A DNA stretch of 61,960 bases, counting the filler, from Platydemus manokwari (lineage: Eukaryota), in assembly GCA_037951405.1 (NCBI GenBank). It is 5 parts of 5 records of this genome, joined end to end, with 100 filler letters (N's around TTAATTAATTAA, not from the genome) between each part and the next. Parts side by side here need not be neighbours in the genome. Positions count along the whole stretch, not along the records: positions 23,000 to 36,484 come from JBBMOY011708066.1; positions 36,585 to 49,332 come from JBBMOY011980267.1; 3 more parts are not named here. The stretch is one strand, 5' to 3'. A program made the position numbers and the translations under genes. The notes under the pieces are model-generated. The model was given only the letters and a program-made list of their open reading frames with translations, was not told where the DNA came from and did no database searches. Of the stretch, positions 27,201 to 41,000 are shown piece after piece; position 1 is the stretch's first letter; every line of letters starts with the position of its first letter.

Positions 27201-30200
27201 ATAAAGAAATTATTTATCAAATTATTTAATTTTTTGTAATTTTGTAGTATGTCTTCTATTCAAGTTAAATTTAAATATACTTTACCTGAAATGGTAAAAC
27301 CAGCATTAATAGTACAAATGATTAATTATCACACATATTAAGTAAACTGTAAATGATGAACGACTATAATTAAATTAATTAACCACTAATAGTTATGGTT
27401 ACTAATTAATAAGATTTAATAATGACAAAATTTAAAGTGCTGAATAAAATAAATATTTGTTTTGGAATTTACATTTAAAAATTTTCTTGTCAAATGAGGA
27501 CTTGGTCCTCCATATCACCTTCAATTGAATTTTAAAGAGAAAAAATTAAATTTCAAATTTTTATTCTAGATTATCAATAATAACGGTTTCGTGACTTCCT
27601 TTGTGGATTATTTGAACTCATTTGGTGTTCTGAAATCAGTCAAGAAATTAAACTGGTTTTATGCTATTTATCATCGATTCAATCCTTAAAATAATTATAA
27701 TACAAACCTTTCTTTTTGATAATCTTTTAGAATTATTAAATTCGTTAACATTGATAATTATCAAACTTATTAATTTCAACATTTTGTAAAACTCACATCA
27801 ATTGCATTTAGCTATTTAGATTTATTAAAAGTTGGAAAGAAAAATCACGTTAAAATTGAAATTTATTATATTTTATTAGACTTTTAATATAATCGATTAT
27901 TTCTTTCTTTACGTTCATTCAGATCTTGTAAGTGTATTCTAAATCGAGCTTTCAATATTTAATTATTATTTTAAATAATCTATTCAAAATTAATGGAATA
28001 ATTTTAAAATATTTTCATTTACAAGCTAAATAAATAATTAATATTAATATTTCTCGGTAAACATTAATTGGTAATTCTTTAATTAATCTCATAAACAATA
28101 ATAATCTTCAAAATCATAAACCAAGATAGCTTTAATATATTTTAAGAAATCTATTCGTTTTTTTAATTCGAATATTATCCATCCTGTGAATTAAAGAATG
28201 CCGGTCAAATCTATTTGTTTTAACTCAGGAGTTGATCGAAAATAAGTGTTGATATTTTGAGAAATAATAGTTTATAATAAATTTTCATAAATTGAATTTC
28301 AATTGATATCAAAAGTAAAGAACGATTTTTCTAATTGATTTAATTGGAGAAAATTATTTCATCATCAATTTTAACTTGTTAAAATTTCTGAAGTAGGAAT
28401 CTAGTCGAATAAAATTTTTTAGATACTAAATCATTCCATTTATTTAGAAATTTTATTTTTCCTGTTTCCTATAATTTTCCATCGATAAAAGAAAAAACAA
28501 AACGACGAAAAACTAATGTTTGGTTAATATTTCATAGACTGATTACAATTTTTGGGTGTAGACTAGTTGTTTCACTGATCATTTTCTTGATTTCGCAAAT
28601 GATAAATAATTCATCGACATTGTACAAGTCTTACAAAATTATTTTCTGCCCCTGTGGTATAAATTTTTTTGTTAATTTTCTCATTCGTTTTAATTTTGAG
28701 TTTTTCAAATGATTTTACAAAAATGAATAGATGACTTTAATTTATTAGTTTTGTTCGGATGAAATCAATAAATATGTATTAATTTTTTGTTTTATTATAA
28801 AGCTCGTTTTACAATTACAATCCATACATGATTCCAGTTAAATTATAATGTAAATTTAAATTTGTTTTAGTAGATTTTGTGACTTAAAATTTATAAATAT
28901 TTCAAACCAAATTCAGAGATTATCTGATATCAATTGTTTAATGTTTCTTTGACGGTGGAGTTTAATAATTATTATTATAAAATTTGCAGTAATTATAATT
29001 AATAATAAAGTCATTAATAGAAAATCATTAATAATATATACGCACATTATTATAAAATATTAATAAAAATAATAATAATCTTAATTAAAATGAACGCAAA
29101 TGTACCATAATATATCTTTCAAAATTTTCTCTAAAAAGCATAAAAATTTAAATCATATAAATTTACTTCAAATTACTCTCACTACCTATCAAGCATAATG
29201 ATAATAAAGTACAAATCTATCCATCACTGGGAAATGGAAATTCGAAAACCATTGATTCGAAAAGTTTTCAAATAGTATTTATGATTCCACACATTAAAAC
29301 AAACATTATCACTATCATTTTTTCCCTGTTTCCCATTATGATTAGCGGGTTAATTGTATTCAATGTTTTCCGCGTTGGAAAAATTTGAGGAATTGTGTCA
29401 GTGAAAAAATGAATTACAATTCTACAGTTGCAGAACATAAGAAAGACAACGAAACGACATGCATGATTGAATAATGTATGGGATATCGATTATGGAATAT
29501 CGTTAATTTTTTTAATGAGAATGTGTTTTAAATTCGTTGAGATATTGATTAATAGTTGATAAAATTAACCCATTAATGATTTTAATGGATTGTATTTTGT
29601 TTTTGAATAAATATGTGGTTCAGATTTGAAATTGTGTTTGAAAATCAGAGAGATTTCTTTTCTATTCAACTCTCTGTGTTGACTATAGCATTTCAATAAA
29701 TTATGATGAGAATTAATTTTTATGGGAATTTATCATTCCATTCGTGATTCTGAGATATTTATAATTTAGTGCACAAAATATTCATCTATAGATTTTATTT
29801 ATATTTCTGTATGACCGAAGTAATATTCTTTAACCAAATTTTTATGCCTACTTTCTAAAGCTAATTATAATACTTAATAAAATGGAATTAGTAGAACTAT
29901 TGATCATTTTCATCAGTTTTCTATTGTCATAAGATTTGATTGATTTTTCCAGAAGAAATTAGTGCAGTTGGGGATTATGCTATTTTGTCTATTTATATGA
30001 AACATTTATTGAGATATGCCTTTAATGAATCTCATTAGATTATTGTTGCATTATTTCGTCAAATTACAGGGTGTGGCATCATTATTACAAATCGCTACAA
30101 AAACCTAATGCTGATTTTTATATACTGCCTCTCAGTGTATTAGATGTAAATCTACGATTACATTATGAGGAAAAGCATCAATTCATCTAACTCTACTGAA

Positions 30201-31143
30201 AGTGAAGCGCTGCCATCCATTCGGCTTATCAACAAAGGCTTATTCTATTGACTCGTGGTAAATTATTTCACAATGGCCATTATATCTTCAATAGGTGTGT
30301 CTGTACTTAAATCGATTTTGTAATAATAATTCCTGCAGTCATTTTCAATTCAATCTGTGTTTGTGTGTGTATGTGCTCGCTTCTATGTTTACTGGAATTA
30401 CAATTATTCACAACCGTAATCATCAGACGGTTAACAGGAGGTTGTTGACTGACAATCTATGGTTATTGGATGCAGGCTGAAATCCGCAGTTGAAAATGAG
30501 TGAATTTAGAAAACTGTCGATAGTGGGTGTGCTTGATGATTCATCAATATGTACGCTATAATGGAAGGACAGAGACTGCAATATTGTGTGTCTATAGCCA
30601 GGGAGAGGAAAACTGAGGAAGTTAATCGATCCTGCTTCCTTTCTCCTTCCACGAGTTGAGTGGAGTCTCCTATGAAAATCCATGTGTGGTTAATAATAAG
30701 ATTGGCAGGAATTTTGTGCATATAGGATTGCAAAGCAGAAGGAAAACAACTTCAACGACTAGTTCAATCGCCAGTCACAAAATATTTTATCATTGGTATA
30801 GAATTGTGATTGTTGACTATTAGATGTTAACCAGACTTGAGGAATAAACGGGGTTAGTTTTATTGATTTACCATTTGTACGAAATGTTTCAGCTTTATGA
30901 TTATTAAATTTTCACAAATAATTCAAAAAAAAATCAATATGAATAAATTTGTTTATGGTTGTGCGTTTTAATCAGACATTGTGTAGAGCACAAATCAGTA
31001 ATTATGCTTGTGTGTTGCGCACAATTTTTCATTAAATTTTAATGCTTGAGAAATGTATGAATTTGTTAGGTGCATTTGAAACAACATACAGTCATTTGAT
31101 AATTTATAACATTCGATGATGATGATGATTGCTATTAGAATAA

Positions 31144-31577
31144 ATGCCTAGAAGCGTAATGCAGAGGTCTTACAAATATCGATGTCTCGACCCAGCCTGT
31201 TCCAATATCACGCTGATAGATTCCAAATGGCATCAACATTTACAGAAATCTCATTCAAATGTCGATCCAACTGAAGTGAAATATGTTAAAGTCGAATATA
31301 GATTGGGACCGAATGGACCATGGCAAATGATGCCGCTCGGTTCGGAATTGTGGAATAATAGTTTTTTGGTAACGAATATTGACCATTCGGAAAACGGGGA
31401 CCAAGAAAGCAACACCAATGAATCGTCACCGCAAAACGGTCAGGATGGATCGTATAATCGGAGTGTATTTCTTGGCGAATACAATGGTGATGGGGAAAAT
31501 TCTCAACTCAGCACGGAAAACGTTTCCAGTTCTAAGAACGATGCGATATTTTCAGAAATTTCCAAAATAGAAATGAA
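31144..31577 (+). CDS. C2H2 zinc-finger exon (coding exon 1 of the predicted ZnF-TTF fusion gene)
   Basis: Clean ORF with YRCLDPACSNITLIDSKWHQHLQKSH (C-x4-C-x12-H-x4-H) followed by an S/N/E-rich linker. Its apparent stop codon overlaps a strong donor GTAAGA at 31578 (phase 2). Confidence 0.8.
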
Positions 31578-32930
31578 GTAAGATTTGCGTATATATTTTT
31601 TCGATAATAATTATATTGATTTATTAATTTTAATGATTAAATTGTCTGATGACACGTGAAATTATCGGATAATCTACTGTGTATAGAGTTGATTTATGTC
31701 TATTTTTTGATATTGATTGATGTTCAATTGAAAATAACAATTTTCACATCCATTTTCAAACAATGCTTACCGTGACAGCTTTGAACATTTTGTGATGATT
31801 GATATAGATGATTTCAATACCGAATTTATTTTTGCCGGTTCAATTGCATGACTGTTGTTCATTTAGTTCGTTTTGTTTTTATTATTATATTGAATTGAAG
31901 AAAAATGTCGGGAGAAAATGAATTTTCGCTCATTTCAAATGTTAATTGGTGAGATTATAATGTTAATTATATTTTTATGATTATTTTGAGATTAATTATA
32001 ATTGATTATGGCTGAATTTATTAGATAATGTTTTATTTTTTTATTAATATTAACATTGTTTCTTTATTATTATCAATCAGTAGTGATAGAAGCAGTAGTA
32101 TATTTATGTTGTGTAGCGCTAATATTAACTTGATTATAATAATTAACTTATACAAGGTACGTGTTTTATGTTGTTAATGGGTTGAATTCAATTTATTAAT
32201 CGTCATTAACTATTAAATTTTCTGACACAACCTAAAGACTGTAAAAAAACTGAAAATTATGTTGGTTATATGATGGGTGCTGATAATATGTATTAATAAG
32301 CTTATTATTACAATTTAATTTTATCATCTATTTGTTACCGAGATATGGTTTTCACTTTCTCTCGGAGATAAATTTCGTCACTCATCTTGTCTATTTTTAT
32401 AAATCTATGATATCCACTTATCATCCAATCTTCACATTTTTAGCTGCTGGTGGGTTGTATCATGAATGCGATTTATTTTATAAATAGATTTATTTAGTGG
32501 TGTGTTTGAAAATACGGTAAATTCATCTTAGACGATTTCATGTTCTAGTCATAGATTTAAAAATGATTAAAAGCACATTTAAGCAACTCAATTCAATGAT
32601 AAATCAGCATCAAAATATGAAAATGAGCTATTATTCGTGTGTAGGAATGTAAACATTTATTGGAAATGTATGTTATATATATATTTAAATAAAAATCAAT
32701 TATTTCTGTTGTAATATATAAACACGAAAAAGTATTCTCAAGCTATGATATAAATCAAAGAAATATTTAATAAAAAATTAACTTAACTAATGAGTATGCT
32801 ATAAATCATTTGTTATTGTTTTCAATGATAATTTAATTTTCTACTCAAACCATGTGAACTTGATCTGAGCCGTTAAAGGCCATTAAAGTACCCCATTTTC
32901 TACTTTAAAACAGATTCTTTAATAAAATTA

Positions 32931-33185
32931 TGAGGTTTATATTAAAATTTACATAGAATTAAAATGATTAAAAATTGAGCCAAAAGATATTTTATAAAAA
33001 TTATATTAAAAGTTAATATAGTTAATATATCCTTTAAAAAAACCTTAAACTCTCAGTTTTAAAATTATTAAAAGTAAATTTTAAATTTTTTAATTAAAAA
33101 AATAAAGATAAAATGTAAAAATCGTTGCATTATTATATTAAAATTAAAAATGAAGACAAATCAGATTGAAATAAATTTATATTTA
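32931..33185 (+). repeat. Dispersed AT-rich repeat, homologous to 40350-40628 in inverted orientation
   Basis: Shared blocks TGAGGTTTA, TTGAGCCAAAAGAT, CTCAGTTTTAAAATTATTAAA and ATGAAGACAAATCAGAT. Confidence 0.7.
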
Positions 33186-35200
33186 ATATTTTAAAATATG
33201 TTTCGATATTGATGTATTGGCGAATAGATTTTTTGTTCTGTTGTAAACATGGCTTTTGATTTGAATATTAAAAATGAAGAAATTTTGGCAACCAACAGAT
33301 CTAAGAATATCGATTGTACAACAAACCAATCTTATATAGATGAATAATTTATTTAACCTTCATTCGTATATCCGCTGAAAGTATAATAATCACAAAGGCC
33401 GGTTTTTATAGCTATAAAACAAACCTTCTGATAATTCAATTTTAATTATCAAACGAACAATCCTATCAACGACATTCATCTCAATCTTATTCAATATTTG
33501 ATAAAAGATAACAGTCATGGAAATCTCCATTTCAATATCAGTATAATTATCAAAATAATATGTTCTAGATTTATTATCATTTTTATCAGTTATTAAAATT
33601 TAATTTTGCTGATCGATTTTGATGGTTGTCATCATCATTTCCTATATTGAAGCCAAATTTATAATACTGATATTGTCATTCAGTTCATTACTAAAAAGAC
33701 GAATTCATTTTATCTTCTATTGACAATTTGATGACGTAAAATATAAGATTGCTTTTAATAAATTACTTGATAAATTCCATTTATGAAATCCAATCGATGA
33801 TAACGTTCTTTACAAATGAATTTTTTTATAAATTTATGGCTATTGGAATAACGAAAAAAATTATTTACTTATTCCTGTTAATAGTCAGTTAAGTAATTAA
33901 ATAATTTTTTTATTGGGATTGTTTAAATGAAGTTCAATTTTGTTAAATATTACCTTGAACAGCATAGTATTCACGGTTTATTAAGTTGAAAATATTATAT
34001 ATGAATCCAAAGAAAAATGTTTTCCCTTCAAATCTGTGAAAAATGAAATCCGTGAGAAATGTTTGTGAAGAGATTTTTGTAAAGAAAAAACTGTGACACT
34101 CGGGCATGGTTTAATGAAATTCATCTTCAATCACTTAGGAAACGATTGAACTACTGTGCATATCTCCACATCATGATGGATATGCATCATTTGTTTGGCA
34201 AACCAATTTTCCTAGTGACATCACGAAATTATGACTGTAATTACCAAGAGACAAATGTCGATCTGTATTTGATTAAAATTGCGCTTGTCAATTATATCCT
34301 TGTCAAAATGTTTTTATTTTGCTTTTCATTGTTTCACAAAAAAAACTGTATCCTCTGAACCAGTCAGTGATCATCGATTGGTATGATTTCAAATTTTTCT
34401 GAACACGATCTTTCAATATTTCCTTCATTAGTATACTCGAAGGAAATATCGGTAAATTGTGGTAAATTAATTAGTAGAATATAATTAGGGAATTATTACA
34501 ATATAATGATATTATGGTTCGAATCCGAAAAATTAGAGTTTATCCACTTGATAGTGTGCCATATATATTCTCAATTAAACAGTGAATCCAATGAGAATTA
34601 CTCGTTTTAAATAAATAAAATCACTTGTTCAATTTTACTCTCTAAGATTATTAAGTTTTAAATTATAGTCTCTACCAAAATAAAAGTCATTTTTTCTATA
34701 ACACTAACCCATCTTATTCCCATTCGACAAACACTTTAAATCTATATTTTCCATTACTTCAACCGCTCAATGATTGATGTAAAAATATTTCGTTACTTAA
34801 CCTTAAACTTACTGAATATTTTTCATTTATAACTTCAATTATACCTTCACATTTCGTATGGATTTATTTTTATTTTACACAATAATTGCATAGTAATGTC
34901 GTTGAGAAGTTTGTTAGGAATTTAGCGTACAGTTTTGTTCATATCAGCTTTACAAAGTGTTCTGTGGAGAGGATTTTTCATAAGATTGAAATTTCTATCG
35001 TTATTTGTGTTTCGAACAAAATATTGCTCTGATTTTTATTCTGTTTTCACAGAATTCGATTAAATTTAACACCGAAGGATTTATACTTATCGTTACCAAC
35101 ATTTATGTAGCATAGAAATGCTCAAATGGTACAAGCTAGGCTTATTAAATGTTTATTTTAATATCATTTGGCAATTTTCATTAATATTATTCTTAACTAG

Positions 35201-35702
35201 TTCGACAACTGGTAATTTCGTTAAAACGTTGCTTGGTCAATCAATCAAATCAGAATCAGTTCACCATATTGAACCAAATGATCCATATCAATTAACTCAA
35301 CAAAAAATCACCGCATCTGCCATTAGTCTTCAACTAAAACTGGGACCCATGCAGCCTTCTCCCGCCGAATTTCAGTATCCAAAAACACATAGGCCAACAA
35401 GCGATAGTTTACTTTGCTTTAATCCTACGTGGTTTGAACGGAAATTGGCGGATGGATCTAGCCAGCCTCGCCCATGGCTCTCATACAGCAAATGTCTGAA
35501 TAAAGCATTTTGTATATATTGTATTCTATTTGGTAACAGCGCTAAAGTATCAGAATCATGGACCAAGACCGGATGGGATACATGGAATAATGGAAGTCGT
35601 GATATCAAAAGACATGAAGAATCTCCGCAACACAGAGCTGCAGAATTGGCAAAAGTTAAAGCCATGTCAGGATTTCACAGTCAACACAACAGCTTATTCC
35701 AG
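35201..35702 (+). CDS. TTF-type zinc-finger exon derived from a hAT transposase N-terminus (ZMYM1/THAP12-like); coding exon 2
   Basis: FNPTWFERKLADGSSQPRPWLSYSKCLNKAFCIYCILF...WTKTGWDTW...IKRHEESPQH carries the WLxYS..FCxxCxLF...W...HExSxxH signature. The acceptor TTCTTAACTAG ends at 35200 (phase 2) and the donor CAG/GTAGTT starts at 35703 (phase 0). There are no stops or frameshifts. Confidence 0.85.
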
Positions 35703-36096
35703 GTAGTTATTCATATTTATTAAACGATTTTTTCTGTTTATTTTTTACACATTACTTTCACACACTTTGAAAATAATTTCATAATATTAACAAAATGTCA
35801 TGATTTCTTTTTTGCCTTCACACTTCCATTTATATATATTTTTCATAGCAAATTAATAAAAATAATTTATTTTTTTGGCATTTTTTCATATTTAATCTTG
35901 AAGTAATTGAATGAAATAATTCACTTTTTCTCCATTTTGTTCATAATTATTTGATTTGGAGAAATATATATTGATTTTAGATTTATAAAATATTCCATTA
36001 TCAAGTTACTGGAGGGCTTCTTGTTTTAAATATTACAGCACAATATTATATTGTATCTGAATATTCATGTTTATCCATGTTTTTTCAATAATCCAG

Positions 36097-36186
36097 GGTG
36101 ACAATTATCAGCCAATATTTCAAGAGCTGATCTCACAGAAAACATTTTCACAGGAATCAAATATTATTTATCAATTTGATGACTAA
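36097..36186 (+). CDS. Predicted terminal coding exon 3 of the ZnF-TTF fusion gene
   Basis: Acceptor TTTTTCAATAATCCAG, then a phase-0 open frame GDNYQPIFQELISQKTFSQESNIIYQFDD*. An AATAAA lies at ~36323. Confidence 0.6.
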   Translation, partial: GDNYQPIFQELISQKTFSQESNIIYQFDD

Positions 36187-36392
36187 TTGATGGATTTATT
36201 ATATCATATGGATGATTAGAAAACAATACTTCATTTATATATGTGATTCTTCAAAGATAATTATCATTTTCATGATTCAGATATCATATTTGATTTTTAT
36301 AAGATTGTGTGCATCAAATATTAATAAATATAAATCTGACTTTAAATATGTCGAGAAATAATAATAATAAGTTATGATAAATTTTGACCTAT

Positions 36393-36401
36393 TATTATTA
36401 A

Positions 36402-36458
<57 letters not shown>

Positions 36459-36484
36459 CATCATCATCATTATTATTATTATTA
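36393..36484. repeat. (ATT)n/(ATC)n microsatellite at contig end
   Basis: Long ATT run with a few ATC units. Confidence 0.95.
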
Positions 36485-36584
36485 NNNNNNNNNNNNNNNN
36501 NNNNNNNNNNNNNNNNNNNNNNNNNNNNTTAATTAATTAANNNNNNNNNNNNNNNNNNNNNNNNNNNNNNNNNNNNNNNNNNNN
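36485..36584. other. Artificial contig-joining spacer
   Basis: 44 N + TTAATTAATTAA + 44 N. Confidence 0.95.
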
Positions 36585-37192
36585 CTAAACATATCAACCA
36601 ATTGAATTTGAAAAATAAATTTATTGGTAATAATAGTTTAATAGATATTTTAATATTGATTTTTATCAGATATTTAATTAAATCTTGAAGTTAATTAAAT
36701 TAAAGTTTGAAGACAAGTTTTAAATGGAGACATATTTCCTTTAATTATAATCTAATGTTATGAGATATTCTTCCATAATTCTAATGAGTTTATTCTTAAA
36801 TTTCAAGTGCATTTGCTAAAAAATTGGTTCTTTTTAAAAATAAATCAATTAGCAATAATTATTTAACCATTTAGACTGAACTAATATGTTTAATGAACTT
36901 GAAATCATTTCAGAATATATTGAATTATAAATGGAGATCTTAATTTATTGTTATCGGTTTTATTCGTTTGAGATATAAACTTAAATTTTAAATCTAAAAC
37001 AATGACTTCATATTCTATTTCATGAAAGGCTCATGAACTTTTCAAAAGGACAAAATATTATAAATATATCTAACCAATCACTATACATGTGAGCATTTTA
37101 AATGGAATTAAAAATTGTATAGATTAAATTTTATATAAAATTTAAGTTGGAATAATTTTTTTTTCTTATAAATCAAATTTATTTGTTCAAGT

Positions 37193-37280
37193 AATTGTAT
37201 TTGAATGTAATTGGGTGTCGTGACTTTTCAGTTCGTTTTCAATGAGTGATTTTTAGAAATAGTCGCGGCTTACAAAACAT
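37193..37280 (+). repeat. Truncated copy of the ~385-bp repeat family
   Basis: AATTGTATTTGAATG...GTCGTGACTTTTCAGTTCGTTTTCAATG...CGCGGCTTACAA. Confidence 0.75.
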
Positions 37281-38080
37281 ATTTTTAAAAAAATATTTAG
37301 AGATTAAAAAAATTAAAATATAAAAATTATAGAAAATACTTTTTAACTTGATTTCAATCTTGAAAACTCACTGTTTTTTTCTTTAAAGAAAATGAATCCG
37401 TTTTTTCTAATCTGATAATAACTCATACTTTGTCGAAACTTGGATTTATTAAGTTTAAAATAATAATATTTGAGATACTGCACGTATAATTATATTTAAT
37501 ATTTAGTATAATATCGATTTCCAATTTATTAGAGACATAATTGCTCGTGAAAAATATCCTAAATATTAATTTAAAAAATGAATAAACATAAATGATAATT
37601 CTTCATTTTGAGCATCAACATTAGTTCTAAAAATCTAGTTCTAAAACATTTAAAATTTTAAGCACCAATTAAAATTTATAAAAAATTAACAGAACAACAA
37701 GTTGCACTTAAAATTTGGAGGAGCTACCAGCCTAATTTAATCTACTACCATTATGTCAATAAAAACGGGTTGTGAAGTTGTTAATAAATGGATTATCTGT
37801 GTACATTGAATAATATAAATCGATCAAATCCAATTTTTCGATTTCGAATAGCATGCCTCTGACTTTGCAGCCCTTAAAACAATAGTTAAATTAAAAATAT
37901 AATTTAATCACGCAGGGTACCAATTTTACAACGAAATTGATTTATTTTCAAAAATAATATTGATCCAACAAAAAATTTGTCTCTATTTTGACATGTAAGA
38001 GTTCATTATATTTTTAATTTAGAAAATTAAATATTTATGAAATTGGGAAATAATATTAACGATATGCTATTTATTATTAG

Positions 38081-41000
38081 CTTTACAAAGCATTAATGTT
38101 GAAAACAAAGGAAATATTACTTTTATTGATAATTCGTGCTGCAAGGGGCTGGATGCCAATGATTATAAATCGATGCTCTTGAGTTCTTTCGGAGAATTTT
38201 TCAGTAAGTTTTATAAATGCTCGTATATATGTGTGTGCGTGTGTGTGTGATATAAATTATTAAATGGTCTTGTATTGGGAAAATAAAATATTTCCTTAGC
38301 CTATAAAGGAAATTAGAATCAACTTCATATCTAATGTGACCATATCAGATTATCTTTAAATGAAAGAAAACGTTGTTTTTTATTACAAATGTTGTAAATA
38401 TTCAACCGAGAAGAATGTGTTCGATTTGAAATGCTTTCATTATCTTTTGTATGTGAACAAAGAATTAAACTAAATATTATTAGCAAACAATTATTTCAAC
38501 GAATGAATAAACTTTTCATATCTTTTAAAACAGGAACAAATGATATCTCATAGCAAATGCGAAGTTAGCTATTGTTGACGGATAAAATGACATGGTTATT
38601 GTTTCCTAGCAAACGATATACAAAATTGAATAATTTTATTATCTATGGTTATGCTTACCACTTTACTGTTTTATCTAATAATGTTGCTTTGCATTGGTCA
38701 TGTCGATTGCAGAAGAGTTCAGAATAATGTGAAACACAGTGTATTACTTTATCTATAGAGATATTCTGTTAGTGTGTTTATTGTAATCGATTGTTTTATA
38801 AGATTTAATAGTGGACATATAACGATATATTTTATGTTTATCGTATGACATATATTTGAGGCTATGCTTATTGCTGGAATGTCAAACCAACAACTAATTA
38901 TAATTCCAATAATTTTTTAGTGAATGAAACTCAAATGGTAAAAATAACTAAATTGATTAAAACCTTTTTCAAAAATGTAATAAAAATACAATTGAGGCGT
39001 TGAGTTTATTCAATAGTTTATTGAACCAAATAAAGTTAAGGCCCTTTAACAAAAATTAATTTTTATATCGAAATCTATTACTACGTTTTATAATTGTGAT
39101 TTGCTATCTGAATGAGATTGTCATTTACATTATTTTCTTGTTCATCTGAAAAATCACTTATGAAATGAAGTGCTGATATTCGTGTTCACTTCGACATGTT
39201 TCTATTTCAGTTTATTATACACATTTATGGATCAACCATTACATAGCTTCAAAAATTCTATTATTTTTGATATTTGCGATTCCTTACGTTACGCATAATG
39301 ATTTTTACAGAGTTTTAAAATTTTTCCGTTGTTTAAAGAAAATTTTTTATTTTAATGAAATGAATTTATATTTTAAATGTCATTTTGAACGTAATAACAT
39401 TTTTTTTCAGTTATACCCATAAATTTCTTTCTGGTTGATTTGATCGGCCGAAAAGGAACAATTGCCACATCATGTTTTTTTACATCAATATTTTTCATGC
39501 TGCTCTACAAATGCATGCCACACATATGGGCAACAGTCCTTATGTTTGGTATTCGTGGATTCACATCAGGTATATTCAATATCACTTACATTTATACATC
39601 TGAGGTATTGTTTAGTTATTAATTTATGAAAGGCAACTAATTAACGTTTTTGTTAGGTGTTTCCAACTAGTGTTAGATCTTCTGCAACTGGTATGTGCAG
39701 TTCCTTTGCACGAATAGCAGCCATTCTAACTCCGTTCGTAGCTCAGGTTTTAATTCCGCAATCATCAATGCTTATTGGATTACTTGTATATTCAATTGTA
39801 GCTTTTCTTTGTTTTGTTGCGACGGTGTGTTTACCAATTGAGACGAAAGGTCGTGCTATGCCGGTTAGTTCAAAAAACAAATTAAATTATTTAAATCCTA
39901 CTTATTTATCTTATAATTTTCAAACTTGAAAACTAATTTGAAATATGAGTGTATTTATTGATTTACTGAAAATCTTCTAAAATAGTAATTCATCTTTTTT
40001 ATTTTCCGATTGGATAGTTTATGTCCATGATTTGAGAGATGTGCAACTACAATATCTTTCATGGCCAACTTAAGGTGCTAATAAATATAAGTGACACGGG
40101 GTGTGAGTTCGAATCCACTAATGAAAAAATTATCAATGATAGATTCGAGGTCTTATTCATTACCGATGATTAGACTTTCTGTCGAAATCGACATCGGTGA
40201 AACCACTAAACCCTCAAGCACACAAAATTCACCAAAACATCATGTCAGCATAGTTAGTTAAAAAAATTTCTCCATTCTTGATATTCAAATCAAAAGTCAT
40301 GTTTACAACAGAACAAAAAATCTATACGACAATCATCAATTTTCACACAAATTTAAAATTATTTCCATCTGATTTGTCTTCATGTTTAATTCAAATATAA
40401 ACATGATCATATTATTAATATTACATCTTGTTTTTTTAAATATTTAAATTTTATATTTAATAATTTTAAAACTGAGAATTGAACAATATTTTTTAAGCAA
40501 GATCCTTTTATAATTATCAATATGATATATTTATTTTTAATATAATTTTTTAAACAAATCTTTTGGCTCAACTTTTTATAATTTTAATCATAAGTAAATT
40601 TTAATTATTTATCGTATTTAAACCTCACAAACCTTGTACAATGGAACTGAATATTTTGATTTCAATTATTTTTACAACTTTAAAATTGTGAATATTTTTA
40701 CTTCGAAATGAAGAAATACTTATTTAATAACTAATCTGTTAATAATTAGAATACCTGGACAATCTGAATATTTTACTAAACGAAAGAGAAATTCAATAAA
40801 CAGAGAATAATGTTCATATATTGAAATTATAAACTGAAGATTTGATTTCGGTCATGTTTCTTAGATTATAATATTTTGATCCACATGTTAAACTCTCATA
40901 AATAGTTCGCTTTTTATCTAATCTCAATCCTGATGATCAATTGAGAGAATCGGTTTATAGATTACGAAATTTTCATATTGATCATTTACGTTGACTTGAT

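Noticed and set aside
35118-35200. Hydrophobic N-terminus of the 201-aa ORF as a signal peptide
   Set aside because: It is better explained as the AT-rich polypyrimidine end of the intron preceding the acceptor at 35200.
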